Below, piece after piece: positions 29,144 to 37,980 of a stretch of DNA of 64,000 nt; position 1 is the stretch's first letter, and every line of letters starts with the position of its first letter. Source of the DNA: a candidate division FCPU426 bacterium (GTDB lineage Bacteria > Oederibacteriota > JAAXVQ01 > JAUVAV01); the NCBI GenBank assembly GCA_040756875.1, contig JBFLYH010000001.1:1484399-1548398 (forward strand). The letters are read 5' to 3'. The notes below the pieces were generated by a model. It was not told the origin of the DNA. It saw nothing but the letters and a program-made list of their open reading frames with translations, and searched no databases. A program made the position numbers and the translations under genes.

Positions 29144-29173
29144 TTGACAGTGGACAGAGGGGTGGGGTATATT
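29144..29173 (+). promoter_or_regulatory. Promoter for tRNA-Leu
   Basis: TTGACA, 18 bp, TATATT. Confidence 0.65.
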
Positions 29174-29184
29174 TCTGTCTCCCC

Positions 29185-29271
29185 GCGGAAGTGGCGGAAC
29201 TGGCAGACGCGCTAGATTCAGGGTCTAGTGAGGGCAACCTTGTGGGGGTTCAAATCCCCCCTTCCGCACCA
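29185..29271 (+). tRNA. tRNA-Leu(CAG)
   Basis: GCGGAAG/CTTCCGC acceptor stem, anticodon arm CTAGA-TTCAGGG-TCTAG, long variable arm, GGTTCAAATCC and encoded CCA. Confidence 0.97.
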
Positions 29272-29280
29272 GCCTTTTCT

Positions 29281-29312
29281 CCCCTGGGCCGAATGGCCCG
29301 GGGGTTTTTTTC
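29281..29312 (+). terminator. Intrinsic terminator after the tRNA
   Basis: CCCCTGGGCC-GAAT-GGCCCGGGG followed by a T run. Confidence 0.85.
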
Positions 29313-29459
29313 AACGCCACCTTGCCGCACCCTGCTGAACCGGGAGCATTTTCACATGTTCCCGACCGCTTGACAAGCCGCAAAATCCCACGCCCCGGCG
29401 GCAGGCGCGGCCCAGTTCCCGGGGCCCTTATGCCCCGCGCTTCGAGGAGACGGTTGATC

Positions 29460-30260
29460 ATGGCCGACTGGCTCTCGCCCGAAGAACGCTTTCAGGACCA
29501 CGTGGAAATCGTCGGCTACGGAACCGCGGGACTGGCCGGCATCGGGTTGGTGGTCTATTTCGGCGCGATCTTTTTCTACGCTCCGCTCCTGCACGCCTCG
29601 GCCGCGCAACATCTGGGCGTCCTCGGGCTGCTGGCGTCCATGCTGGTATTTTCCCTGTTCATCCCCCGCCAGGCAAACCCGGCCCGCATCTTTCTGCGCC
29701 TGCTCTTCATCGGCCTGGCTTTCACGGCCTCCCTGCGCCTGGCCGAAAGACTGCACTGGGCCTGGCTGTTGTCAGGCCTCTATGCCCTGTACGCGGCCTG
29801 GGTGCTGGGGCACCCGGTGGCTGTGCGTTTCTTCCGGCCCCTGCGGCCGGCGGAACAGCAGCGGCTTCCGGCCGCCGGGTGGCTGGCCTTTCACGGGCTG
29901 GTGCTGCTGCTCTATCTCCTGGGCGTGGCCTGGCGCGGCTGGCAGCGGCTGCTGCCCGAGTCCGGCGACCTGGCCGGAGAGACCGAGCTGGCCTTTCTGC
30001 AGGTGGTCGGCGCCATGGGCCTGGCCCTGCTCCAGATTTTCCTGATGCAAGCGCACAACTGGGCGCGCTGGCTCCTGGCCTGCGTGGCGCTCGCCATGGG
30101 ACTGGCCGCCCTGCCCGCCACCATGACCGGCGGGTTGGGCGACTACTGGCAGTACTGGCAGTCCCTGGCCCTGGCCGCCTATTTTCTCAGCCTGGCTGCC
30201 TATCTCGTTCTGGCGCCGTCCGCGCGCCTGGTTTTCGCCCCCCAACGCAAGGCCGCATGA
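29460..30260 (+). CDS. Hypothetical polytopic membrane protein (two similar 4-TM halves)
   Basis: GAGGAG RBS, about 8 hydrophobic segments, repeated 'N(P/W)AR' and 'P..R.F(F/A)' motifs. ATGA overlap with the next gene. Confidence 0.7.
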   Translation: MADWLSPEERFQDHVEIVGYGTAGLAGIGLVVYFGAIFFYAPLLHASAAQHLGVLGLLASMLVFSLFIPRQANPARIFLRLLFIGLAFTASLRLAERLHWAWLLSGLYALYAAWVLGHPVAVRFFRPLRPAEQQRLPAAGWLAFHGLVLLLYLLGVAWRGWQRLLPESGDLAGETELAFLQVVGAMGLALLQIFLMQAHNWARWLLACVALAMGLAALPATMTGGLGDYWQYWQSLALAAYFLSLAAYLVLAPSARLVFAPQRKAA

Positions 30261-31183
30261 CTTCGCTCCTGTGGTTTTACGGGATTTTCGGCGGCGCGCT
30301 GGGCCTGGGCCTGGGCTTGCGGCGATGGCAGGCTGCGGCGCCGGGATTGATGCGTTTCAGCATCCTCGCCCTGGACACGCCGCTCTTCATCTACAGCTAT
30401 TGGTCCGTGGATCTGGCCCGGGCGCGGTTGTATGCGCCCATCCCCATCATTGCCACTCTCCTGGTGGTGCTTACGCTTTGGCTTTCGCCCCTCTGGGCCA
30501 AACGCCTTTTGCCCGACGAGCGCAGCCAGGGCAGTTTCATCCTGACCGCGGCTTTTTCCAACATCGGCACCACGGGCGGCGCCTTCCTGTGCTATCTCTT
30601 TTTCGGATTGGAAGGCTTGTCCCTGGCCTATTTGTTCCTGCTGCCCTACCCCATTTTGATTTTCACCCTGGGATTCAACACGGCGCGCCGTTATTCCGGT
30701 TCCGGCCCGCTGCGGCCCCATGAATACCTGACCCGCCTGGCCTCGGACCTCATTTCCCTCGTGCCGCTCCTGGCCATTGCCTTGGGGTTGGGGTTGAATG
30801 TCGCCGGACTCAAACCGCCGGCGGCGCTGGCGACCGGCGTGGGCTGGTTCATGAAAGTGAGTTTGGCGTGCAACTGCCTGGCCATCGGCTTAACCCTCAG
30901 CCCCCGGGAACTCATTCCTCCGGTCAAGGCATTCCTGGCCGAGGCCAGCATAAAATTTCTGCTGTCTCCCCTGGCGGGCCTGATCCTGGCTTTGGCCGTT
31001 TACGGCTCCCTGGCTCCCTTGCCCAGCCGGATCATCCTGATCCAGTCGGCCATGCCGCCGGCGATGTACGCGGTCATCACCACGAACCTCTTTGGCTTGG
31101 ACCGCAAGTTGGCCAACAGCCTATGGCTCGCCCTGTCCCTGGGATTCCTGCCCCTGGCCGCTCTGGGGTGGCTGCTGCGGTGA
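30257..31183 (+). CDS. AEC (auxin efflux carrier/malate permease) family transporter
   Basis: FSNIG..G, IKFLLSPL and ILIQSAMPPA...FGLD. Confidence 0.8.
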   Translation: MTSLLWFYGIFGGALGLGLGLRRWQAAAPGLMRFSILALDTPLFIYSYWSVDLARARLYAPIPIIATLLVVLTLWLSPLWAKRLLPDERSQGSFILTAAFSNIGTTGGAFLCYLFFGLEGLSLAYLFLLPYPILIFTLGFNTARRYSGSGPLRPHEYLTRLASDLISLVPLLAIALGLGLNVAGLKPPAALATGVGWFMKVSLACNCLAIGLTLSPRELIPPVKAFLAEASIKFLLSPLAGLILALAVYGSLAPLPSRIILIQSAMPPAMYAVITTNLFGLDRKLANSLWLALSLGFLPLAALGWLLR

Positions 31184-32215
31184 GAGCGGCTTCACGAACG
31201 TAAACCGCGGACGCAGCTGGTCCGTCATCCCGAACTCGCCGCTGCCGGTCACCCATGCGGCCTGCAACGCCGGATGAGTGCGGCAATAGGCGCGGGTCCA
31301 GTCCGGGCCCTGGATGAAAAACGCCGTGGACCAGGCGTCCGCCAGCATGGGATCAACGGCCACCACGGTCACGCTCTGCATGCGTCCGGCCGGCCAGCCT
31401 GTGCGGGGATCAAGCAGATGGTGGTACCGCACTCCGGCTGCTTCGAAATACCGCTCGTAATCCCCCGAGGTGGACACCGCCTGGTTCTGCACTTCAAGCA
31501 CGCCGGTCAGGCCCGTTCCCCGGGGTTCCTGTATACCCACCTTCAGCGCCGTCCGGCCCATCCGCCCGATGACATAGAGGTTGCCGCCAAAATCCACCAA
31601 ACCCGCCCGGCAGCCCGCGGCCCGCAGCCGGTCCGCCGCCAGCTTGACCGCATACCCTTTGGCAATGCCGCCCAGATCGATCTGCACCTCGGGCCGCGCC
31701 TTGGTGATCCGGCCTCCGGCCACAACGATTTGCCGGTAATCGACCAGGGCGCGAAGCCGGGCGACTTCCGCTTCCGCGGGCACGCGGTTGGCCTCGCGCG
31801 CGGTTTTCCAGAGTTTGCTCAGCGGGTAAACCGTGATATCAAAGGCGCCCTGGCTCTCGCGCCCCACCTGCTGCGCGGCTTCAACCACTGCGATGATTTC
31901 AGGATCGGTAATCGGCTGGTTGCGGTCATTGAAGGCGAAAAGCGGGCTGTCCGGATTCCGGGGGTTGAAAACGACGTTCAGCCGGGCGACTTCATCCAGC
32001 GTGCGGTCCAGGACGGGCAGCCACTCAGGGCCGCCCTGAACTCGCAGGCTGCAAACGGTGTTGAGCAGAAAACGGGTGCGCTGCTGGACGCGGCCGGCCT
32101 GGCGGGAAACGCCCCACCAGATTCCGGCTGCAGCCATTCCCGCGGCCAGAGCCAGGACCAGCCAGCCGCGCAGCGCAGGAAAACGTCCTGTCGGTCCCGC
32201 GGCCCGGCGGGTCAC
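31121..32215 (-). CDS. apbE: FAD:protein FMN transferase
   Basis: SQGAFDITV.PL, IDLGGIAKGYAV, VSTSGDYERYF, YHHLLDPRTG and ADAWSTA. GTG start overlaps the stop of the TerB-family gene. Confidence 0.93.
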   Translation of the reverse strand: MTRRAAGPTGRFPALRGWLVLALAAGMAAAGIWWGVSRQAGRVQQRTRFLLNTVCSLRVQGGPEWLPVLDRTLDEVARLNVVFNPRNPDSPLFAFNDRNQPITDPEIIAVVEAAQQVGRESQGAFDITVYPLSKLWKTAREANRVPAEAEVARLRALVDYRQIVVAGGRITKARPEVQIDLGGIAKGYAVKLAADRLRAAGCRAGLVDFGGNLYVIGRMGRTALKVGIQEPRGTGLTGVLEVQNQAVSTSGDYERYFEAAGVRYHHLLDPRTGWPAGRMQSVTVVAVDPMLADAWSTAFFIQGPDWTRAYCRTHPALQAAWVTGSGEFGMTDQLRPRFTFVKPLSPQQPPQSGQGQESQGQGEP

Positions 32216-32688
32216 GAAGTGTGTTTGGAATCCTGCTGGTTCAGGGCTTGAATCTTCGCATCCAGTTTGGCCTGGATGAAATCCTTGTGGTCCACCCACA
32301 TCAACGCCGCGATCTTGCGGATGGTCTCCACCTCGTCGTGCGCCAGTTCGGAGTCGGCCCACGCCACGCGGAACAGGTCCTGCACCAGACGGACGCGGTC
32401 CGGATAGGTGAAGGTCTGGTTGATTTCCCAGGTAAAACCGTGCCAGTCGAGCTGGGTTTCCAGGGCCTGCTTGCCGGCCGTGAGGATCTGCCGTTGTTCC
32501 TCGGGATCAGTGAAACCCCGCTGGGCCAGGATCATCCGCTTGGCGGCCCGCTCCTGGTCGGTCACCAGGCCGTCCGCGCCGGCCACCAGGGTCAGCAAAG
32601 CGCCCAGGGCCACGCGGTAGGTCATCTGCGGATCCGAGGTCTTCGGCTGGTCGGTGACGAGTTTGGTCAATTGCTGCAAAATGCTCAT
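32212..32688 (-). CDS. TerB family protein
   Basis: VAGADGLVTDQE and LFRVAWADSELAHDEVETIRKIA. Confidence 0.85.
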   Translation of the reverse strand: MSILQQLTKLVTDQPKTSDPQMTYRVALGALLTLVAGADGLVTDQERAAKRMILAQRGFTDPEEQRQILTAGKQALETQLDWHGFTWEINQTFTYPDRVRLVQDLFRVAWADSELAHDEVETIRKIAALMWVDHKDFIQAKLDAKIQALNQQDSKHTS

Positions 32689-32725
32689 GGTCACTCCCCT
32701 TGCCCCGGCTGAACAGGCCTGCCGG

Positions 32726-33445
32726 TTATAGATTGCGCAATTCGACGTTTTGAACGTGCGGCCGGGCGAGATCGCGGAAGCGTTCCAGCACTTCCTGCGG
32801 ATAGGGCGGCCGCCGGGACAGCTCGGGATCGGTCACATAGGTGGGGACGAACTGCTGGAGGGCGTAGAGCGGCGCGCCGGAGATCAGACGCGCGATCTCC
32901 AGGACATCGGACTCCTGCACCAGGCCCGGCACGCAGGTCGTCCGGAACTCGTAAGCCAGGTCGGTCTGCGATTTGAGCCACGCCACGGTCTCCTGCAGGG
33001 CTTGAGCGGCGTCAGCCGGCGCACCCAGCTCGGTGGGATAGCGGTCGGGCGAGGTCTTCATGTCCACGGCCACGTAGTCGATCAGCCGCTCCTTGAACAG
33101 CACTTTGAGCAGCGTGGCGCGCAGGCCGTTGGTGTCGAGTTTGATGGACAGGCCCAGGGGCTTCAAACTCCGCAGCAGGTACGTGAGCTGGGGATGGACC
33201 GTGGGTTCGCCGCCGGTCACGACCACGCCGTCAATGAGCTTGCGCCGGCGGTCCAGGGCCTGCAGCAGTTCCTCGAGCGTCAGGTCCTCCAGCTCCGCAT
33301 CCACCTCCCGGCCCAGGAGCCGGCTGTTATGGCAGTAAGGGCAGCGCAGGTTGCAACCGCTGAGAAACACCACGGCCGCCACCCGACCGGGATAGTCCAG
33401 GAGCGACGTCCCCAGAAAGCCCTTGATGCCGTGGATCGTCCTCAT
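32726..33445 (-). CDS. nrdG: Anaerobic ribonucleotide reductase activating radical SAM enzyme
   Basis: SLLDYPG, GCNLRCPYCHN, VTGGEPT, KLDTNG and YEFRTT. Confidence 0.93.
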   Translation of the reverse strand: MRTIHGIKGFLGTSLLDYPGRVAAVVFLSGCNLRCPYCHNSRLLGREVDAELEDLTLEELLQALDRRRKLIDGVVVTGGEPTVHPQLTYLLRSLKPLGLSIKLDTNGLRATLLKVLFKERLIDYVAVDMKTSPDRYPTELGAPADAAQALQETVAWLKSQTDLAYEFRTTCVPGLVQESDVLEIARLISGAPLYALQQFVPTYVTDPELSRRPPYPQEVLERFRDLARPHVQNVELRNL

Positions 33446-33591
33446 TGCCCGCGTTTGTTCTCCTTGGGCAGCACGAATTCCTCGCGGGCCTTGAACTCCG
33501 CCTGCTTGCCCTTGTTCCACTGCTGCACGGGCCGGAAATATCCGACCACGCGGGAATACACTTCGGTTTTTTCCTGGCATTTCTTGGTCAT
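33442..33591 (-). CDS. Stand-alone 49-aa glycyl-radical domain of NrdD
   Basis: Hand translation: MTKKCQEKTEVYSRVVGYFRPVQQWNKGKQAEFKAREEFVLPKENKRGQ*. AAGGGAG RBS, and the TGA overlaps the nrdG ATG. Not in the ORF track. Confidence 0.9.
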   Translation of the reverse strand: MTKKCQEKTEVYSRVVGYFRPVQQWNKGKQAEFKAREEFVLPKENKRGQ

Positions 33592-33648
33592 GGGTTCTCC
33601 CTTCCTTGCCTGAAGATACCGGCGGCCGGTTTTTCCCGGGCCGGATGG

Positions 33649-34089
33649 TTATTCCGTCACCCGCCTGGCCAGCAAACAGTTCCGGTTCCGGCAGGCCACG
33701 CACATCTTGACTCTGATATCAAGGGTTGCCGCCAAAAGCAGCAGCCAAAAAAGCGCCAACGCGCCCGGTTGTCTCCACAACCACAACTGCGGCAAACCGA
33801 CCAGCGCCAGGCCGGGCAGGACCGTGCCCAGGTAATCCAGCCAGCGGTAGGGACCTGGCTGCCGTTCCGGCAGCATGCGGGTCAACCAGCCGGGAATCAC
33901 GTGCCCGCAGTCCCCGCGGTTGCTGCATTTGGCGCAGTAGGAAAAAATAACCAGCGGCGCAGAAACGGCCATCACGCCCAGGTACATCCACGCCATGCGC
34001 GGGTCGGCTTTGGCCATGGCCCCCCACCCGACCGCCAAAGCCGCCGTGGCCAGCCCTAAAGACAGCAAACCGTGAAACCGGGTTTTCAT
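33649..34089 (-). CDS. Hypothetical 4-TM membrane protein with two Cys clusters
   Basis: YCAKCSNRGDCGH and MCVACRNRNC motifs between and after TM pairs. Confidence 0.7.
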   Translation of the reverse strand: MKTRFHGLLSLGLATAALAVGWGAMAKADPRMAWMYLGVMAVSAPLVIFSYCAKCSNRGDCGHVIPGWLTRMLPERQPGPYRWLDYLGTVLPGLALVGLPQLWLWRQPGALALFWLLLLAATLDIRVKMCVACRNRNCLLARRVTE

Positions 34090-34106
34090 TGCTTAGGCCC
34101 GCTTTC

Positions 34107-36194
34107 TCACCGCTGCGAAGTCAGGATCGGCGCCTCGGCCTGCGCCGCTGTCCGCAAATCCGCGCTCAGCACATCGAGTTGGTGCGACGGTTGGCTGTGG
34201 GGCGCCTCTTCGCGGTCATACGGGCAGACATGGTGCTCGCCGCGGATGTAGCCGTGCACCGGGCAGATGGAGAAGGTCGGCGTCAGGGTGAAATACGGCA
34301 GATGGTAGCCTTCGGCGATCTTGCGCACCAGGTTGCGCACCTGCCAGGGATCTTCCACGCTCTCCCCCAGGAAGATGTGCAGCACCGTGCCGCCGGTGTA
34401 GCTGCACTGGAGCGCGTCCTGGTGCTCCAGCACTTCGAAGAGGTCCGTGCTGCCGTCCACCGGAAACTGGGTGGAGTTGGTGTAGAACGGCTCCTCCTCG
34501 CCCGAGGCGATAATGTCCGGAAACTCGCGCCGGTCCAGGCGGGCGAAGCGGTAGGACGTGCCTTCGGCCGGAGTGGCTTCCAGATTGTACAGCTCCCCGT
34601 CCTCGTCCTGGTACTGCTGAAGGCGCTCCCTCAGGCGGGCCAGGGTGCGCAGGGCCAGATCGCGGCCTTCGGGCGTCTCAATGCCCTTGCCCAGCAGGTT
34701 GAGCAGCGCTTCGTGCATGCCGAGGACGCCGATGGTGGAAAAGTGGTTGGACCAGTACTGGCCGGTCCGCTGCTTGACGCTGGACAGATAGAACTTGGAG
34801 TACGGATACAAGTCGTGCTCGGTGTAGCGCTCCACGATTTTGCGCTTGGTCTGCAGGCTTTCGCGCGCCAGGTCCATGAGGTTGAGCAAGCGGGCGTGGA
34901 ACTCCTCCTCGCCGCGCGAGAGATAGGCGGCCCGCGGCAAGTTGATGGTCACCACGCCCAGGCTGCCGGTCAGGGGGTTGGAGCCGAACAGGCCTCCCCC
35001 GCGCTTGCGCAGCTCGCGGTTGTCCAGGCGCAGGCGGCAGCACATGGAGCGGGCGTCGTCCGGGTCCATATCGCTGTTGATGAAATTGGCGAAGTACGGG
35101 ATGCCGTACTTGGCGGTCATGACGAAGATGTCCTTCACCACCGGGCCATCCCAGTCGAAGTTTTTACTCAGGTTGTAGGTGGGAATGGGAAAAGTGAAGA
35201 TCCGGCCGCGCGCGTCCCCGCGCAGCATGACTTCGCAGAAAGCCCGGTTGAGCAGGTCCATCTCGGCCTGGAATTCGCCGTAGGTCCGTTCCTGCAGCTC
35301 CCCGCCGATCACCACGGGCTCGTTGCGCATGCGCTCGGGCACCTGCAGGTCGAGCGTGATGTTGGTGAAGGGCGTCTGGAAGCCGACGCGCGTGGGTACG
35401 TTCACATTGAAGATGAATTCCTGCATGCACTGCAGAACCTCGGGATAGGTCAGCTGGTCATAGGCGATAAAGGGCGCGAGGTAGGTGTCGAAGTTGGAAA
35501 ACGCCTGCGCGCCCGCAGCCTCGCCCTGCAGAGTGAAGAAAAAGTTACAGATCTGGCCCAAGGCCGTACGGAAATGTTTGGCCGGCCCGCTTTCAGTCTT
35601 GCCGTAGGCGCCCTGCAGACCCTTGAGCAGCACATCGTGCAAGTCCCAGCCGCAGCAATAGACGGAGAGCGAACCCAGGTCGTGGATGTGAAAATCGCCG
35701 CTCATGTGCGCCTGGCGCACGCGTTCCGGGTAAATCTCCTCCAGCCAGTATTGGGAGACCAGAATGGCGGTGATGTGGTTGTTCAGCCCCTGAAGGGAGT
35801 AGCTCATGTTGGAATTCTCTTTGATGCGCCAATCGTTTTTGCCGAGGTAATTGTCGATGATCTCGTTGGCCGAGGAGAAGAGCTCGCGGGTCTGGCGCAG
35901 TTTGCTGTGCTGGGCGCGGTAAAGGATATACTGTTTGGAGACATCTTTGAAGCCGCTGTCCATGAGCGTGGTTTCGACCACGTCCTGGACATTTTCTACG
36001 GTGGGAACCTGGCCTTCTTTGTATACGGCCTTGAGGAGGTTGTGCACCCGCCGGGCGACGTTCTGAGCCTGCTCCAGATCATGCTGCCCCACCGCATCCA
36101 TGGCCCGGAAAACGGCGTTGACGATTTTCTGTTCGTCAAAAGGCACCAGGCGTCCATCACGCTTGCGGATTTGGCGAATTCCTTGGTTTTCCAT
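34107..36194 (-). CDS. nrdD: Class III (anaerobic) ribonucleoside-triphosphate reductase, lacking its C-terminal glycyl-radical segment
   Basis: ATP cone (IRKRDGRLVPFD), HIHDL, SMCCRL, NLEATPAEGTSYRFA, YTGGTVLH and FSICPVHGY...CPY. No RVxGY motif before the stop. Confidence 0.95.
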   Translation of the reverse strand: MENQGIRQIRKRDGRLVPFDEQKIVNAVFRAMDAVGQHDLEQAQNVARRVHNLLKAVYKEGQVPTVENVQDVVETTLMDSGFKDVSKQYILYRAQHSKLRQTRELFSSANEIIDNYLGKNDWRIKENSNMSYSLQGLNNHITAILVSQYWLEEIYPERVRQAHMSGDFHIHDLGSLSVYCCGWDLHDVLLKGLQGAYGKTESGPAKHFRTALGQICNFFFTLQGEAAGAQAFSNFDTYLAPFIAYDQLTYPEVLQCMQEFIFNVNVPTRVGFQTPFTNITLDLQVPERMRNEPVVIGGELQERTYGEFQAEMDLLNRAFCEVMLRGDARGRIFTFPIPTYNLSKNFDWDGPVVKDIFVMTAKYGIPYFANFINSDMDPDDARSMCCRLRLDNRELRKRGGGLFGSNPLTGSLGVVTINLPRAAYLSRGEEEFHARLLNLMDLARESLQTKRKIVERYTEHDLYPYSKFYLSSVKQRTGQYWSNHFSTIGVLGMHEALLNLLGKGIETPEGRDLALRTLARLRERLQQYQDEDGELYNLEATPAEGTSYRFARLDRREFPDIIASGEEEPFYTNSTQFPVDGSTDLFEVLEHQDALQCSYTGGTVLHIFLGESVEDPWQVRNLVRKIAEGYHLPYFTLTPTFSICPVHGYIRGEHHVCPYDREEAPHSQPSHQLDVLSADLRTAAQAEAPILTSQR

Positions 36195-36238
36195 CCTTTG
36201 CACCCCTCCTGTAATCATCCTACGGCCGGATCGGGGAA

Positions 36239-36301
36239 TCACTATATATTGTGATCTTGCCGACGAAAATATACTATATATTTGATTTTTCTTTATGTCA
36301 A
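36239..36301 (-). promoter_or_regulatory. nrdD promoter with tandem NrdR boxes
   Basis: Minus strand TTGACA (36301-36296), 17 bp, TATAGT (36278-36273). Boxes TCACTATATATTGTGA (36239-36254) and ATACTATATATTTGAT (36271-36286) are 32 bp apart, and the second overlaps the -10. Confidence 0.85.
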
Positions 36302-36509
36302 CGCCTTTTTCCAAAACTATTTTTAGAGAATCGAGAGGCTTCGAATTAATAACAATTCCTGACAATAATCCTATTGGCTTACTGTATATAGGAATAGATG
36401 TGGGAGGATTACCCCCTTCGCCAACACCTCCACCCCGCTGCCAAGGATACGGCGGGTCTTAAGGCTCAGGGGTGACATTCGGATACCGCGCAGATCGCTG
36501 CGCGTAAAT

Positions 36510-37889
36510 TCATCTCTTCTTTTTCGTCTTACGAACTGCCTTGGGTTTTGATCCGGTCTTCTTCCGGCGTACCGTGGTTTTAGGCTGGCCCTTTTTCTTG
36601 AAAGCCGGCACAGAGGGCTTCCAACCCGCGCCCGCTGGTTTGACTGTCTGGACCGGAGCCGGAGCCGGCAGGGTCGCGGAACTCGGTGCGGTCGCGGGCT
36701 GGACATGCGATTTACGAACCGGGCCCGCGGTTGCCGCAGGCGCCAGGGCCGGTTCCTGGAAGTTACGCACCAGCCACAAGGCGCCCAAGCCGGCGAACAT
36801 CACCAGCACTTCCAGGAGGGTGCCCACCACGGGTATCAATTGCAGCACGGCCAGCAGGGTCAAGCCCAGGAAAAACGCGAGCAGATTTTTCCCGCGTTCC
36901 TCAGGCTGGGCTTTCACCAGCAACAAGCCCAAGGTATACCCCACGCCGATGGAGGAGAACAACATGGCGAAAAAAGTCAGGACCAGCAGGATCAGGGCGA
37001 TAGGAATGCCGAGCAGGGAGACAACCAGCAAACCCAGGACCACGGCCAGCCCCAAAACCGTCAGCAATCCCCACCCCAGGCTTTGCCAGGGCTGGTGCCT
37101 GATAACAGCGGCATAGCGCCGCACAGGCTGGGGCACGGCCAAGAGCAGCAGGCACCCCATGGCCAGCAATCCCAGGTACAGGGTCAGGCGGTAAAGCGCC
37201 TTTCCTAACCAAACCAGGCTCTGCCAATCGAACGCTTCGGCGCCCGGCGTGGCACCGGCAGCCGGCGCGGCTGTGCGTTGCACGGGCTGCTGCACCTGGG
37301 CGCCGAGGTCAATCTGGATTTCCTGCGGGGAATGATACTGCAGGCGGCCCAAAACGCGGGCACCGGCTTCCAGACGGATGCGGTCCGCCTCGAGCTGGAC
37401 CGGGCCGGTCACCGCGCCGTCCAGGATGATTTCCTTGGCCGCGACTTGCAGCGGTCCGTTGATGGTTCCAGACAGGCGGACTTCTCCGCCGCGGATGGCC
37501 ACGTCGCCTTCCAGCAGGCTCTGGCGCTGCTGGGTCACGCGTCCGGCCAGGATCAGGGTGCTGCCGGCCACGCTGCCCGCGAGTTTGACCTGCGAGGCGA
37601 AGACGCGCAAATCATCGCCCACTTTGGCGTTCACTTCCGCGTCTACGGCCGCGATGTTGAGGTCCTGCACGACCGTGCCGGCCACGGTGGCCACATTGGA
37701 GGCGGCGATGTAAGCGTCCTGCAGGGCGTTGCCGAGGAAGGTCACGCTCTCGCCCGCGGCGTACAAGTCTTCATCCGCCAGTTCATTCTGGCTGAGATAC
37801 AGGTTGGTCTCGGCTTTAAACTGCATGGCCCAGGCCGGCGCGCTTGCCAGCGCCAGCAGAGAAACCAGCACGATGGGGGAGGTTTTCAT
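36510..37889 (-). CDS. Exported bactofilin-like beta-helix protein with C-terminal multi-TM region and basic tail
   Basis: Signal peptide, repeats like 'V.GD.....G.V.L.G.V.G', 6 TM helices (IPVVG) and a Lys/Arg tail. Confidence 0.75.
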   Translation of the reverse strand: MKTSPIVLVSLLALASAPAWAMQFKAETNLYLSQNELADEDLYAAGESVTFLGNALQDAYIAASNVATVAGTVVQDLNIAAVDAEVNAKVGDDLRVFASQVKLAGSVAGSTLILAGRVTQQRQSLLEGDVAIRGGEVRLSGTINGPLQVAAKEIILDGAVTGPVQLEADRIRLEAGARVLGRLQYHSPQEIQIDLGAQVQQPVQRTAAPAAGATPGAEAFDWQSLVWLGKALYRLTLYLGLLAMGCLLLLAVPQPVRRYAAVIRHQPWQSLGWGLLTVLGLAVVLGLLVVSLLGIPIALILLVLTFFAMLFSSIGVGYTLGLLLVKAQPEERGKNLLAFFLGLTLLAVLQLIPVVGTLLEVLVMFAGLGALWLVRNFQEPALAPAATAGPVRKSHVQPATAPSSATLPAPAPVQTVKPAGAGWKPSVPAFKKKGQPKTTVRRKKTGSKPKAVRKTKKKR

Positions 37890-37980
37890 GGTCCGCTCCT
37901 GGAAGGAGGAAATCATCTCTTGCCTGGGAGCCATTATAAGGGCAACTTTGGGGAAGGAAAAGAAATATTTGGCAGGCTGG

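Noticed and set aside
20015-30260. Prophage or island integrated at tmRNA or tRNA-Leu
   Set aside because: No integrase, no duplicated 3' end seen, and no phage genes.
33446-33703. 85-aa N-terminal extension of NrdG in the ORF track
   Set aside because: It overlaps the real 49-aa glycyl-radical ORF in another frame. NrdG starts at 33445.
27002-36254. Long plus-strand ORFs such as 27002-29083 and 34089-36254 (also 113-1849, 22402-23925, 46645-49063, 58454-60316)
   Set aside because: Antisense to well-supported genes, as expected in high-GC DNA, and without recognisable motifs.
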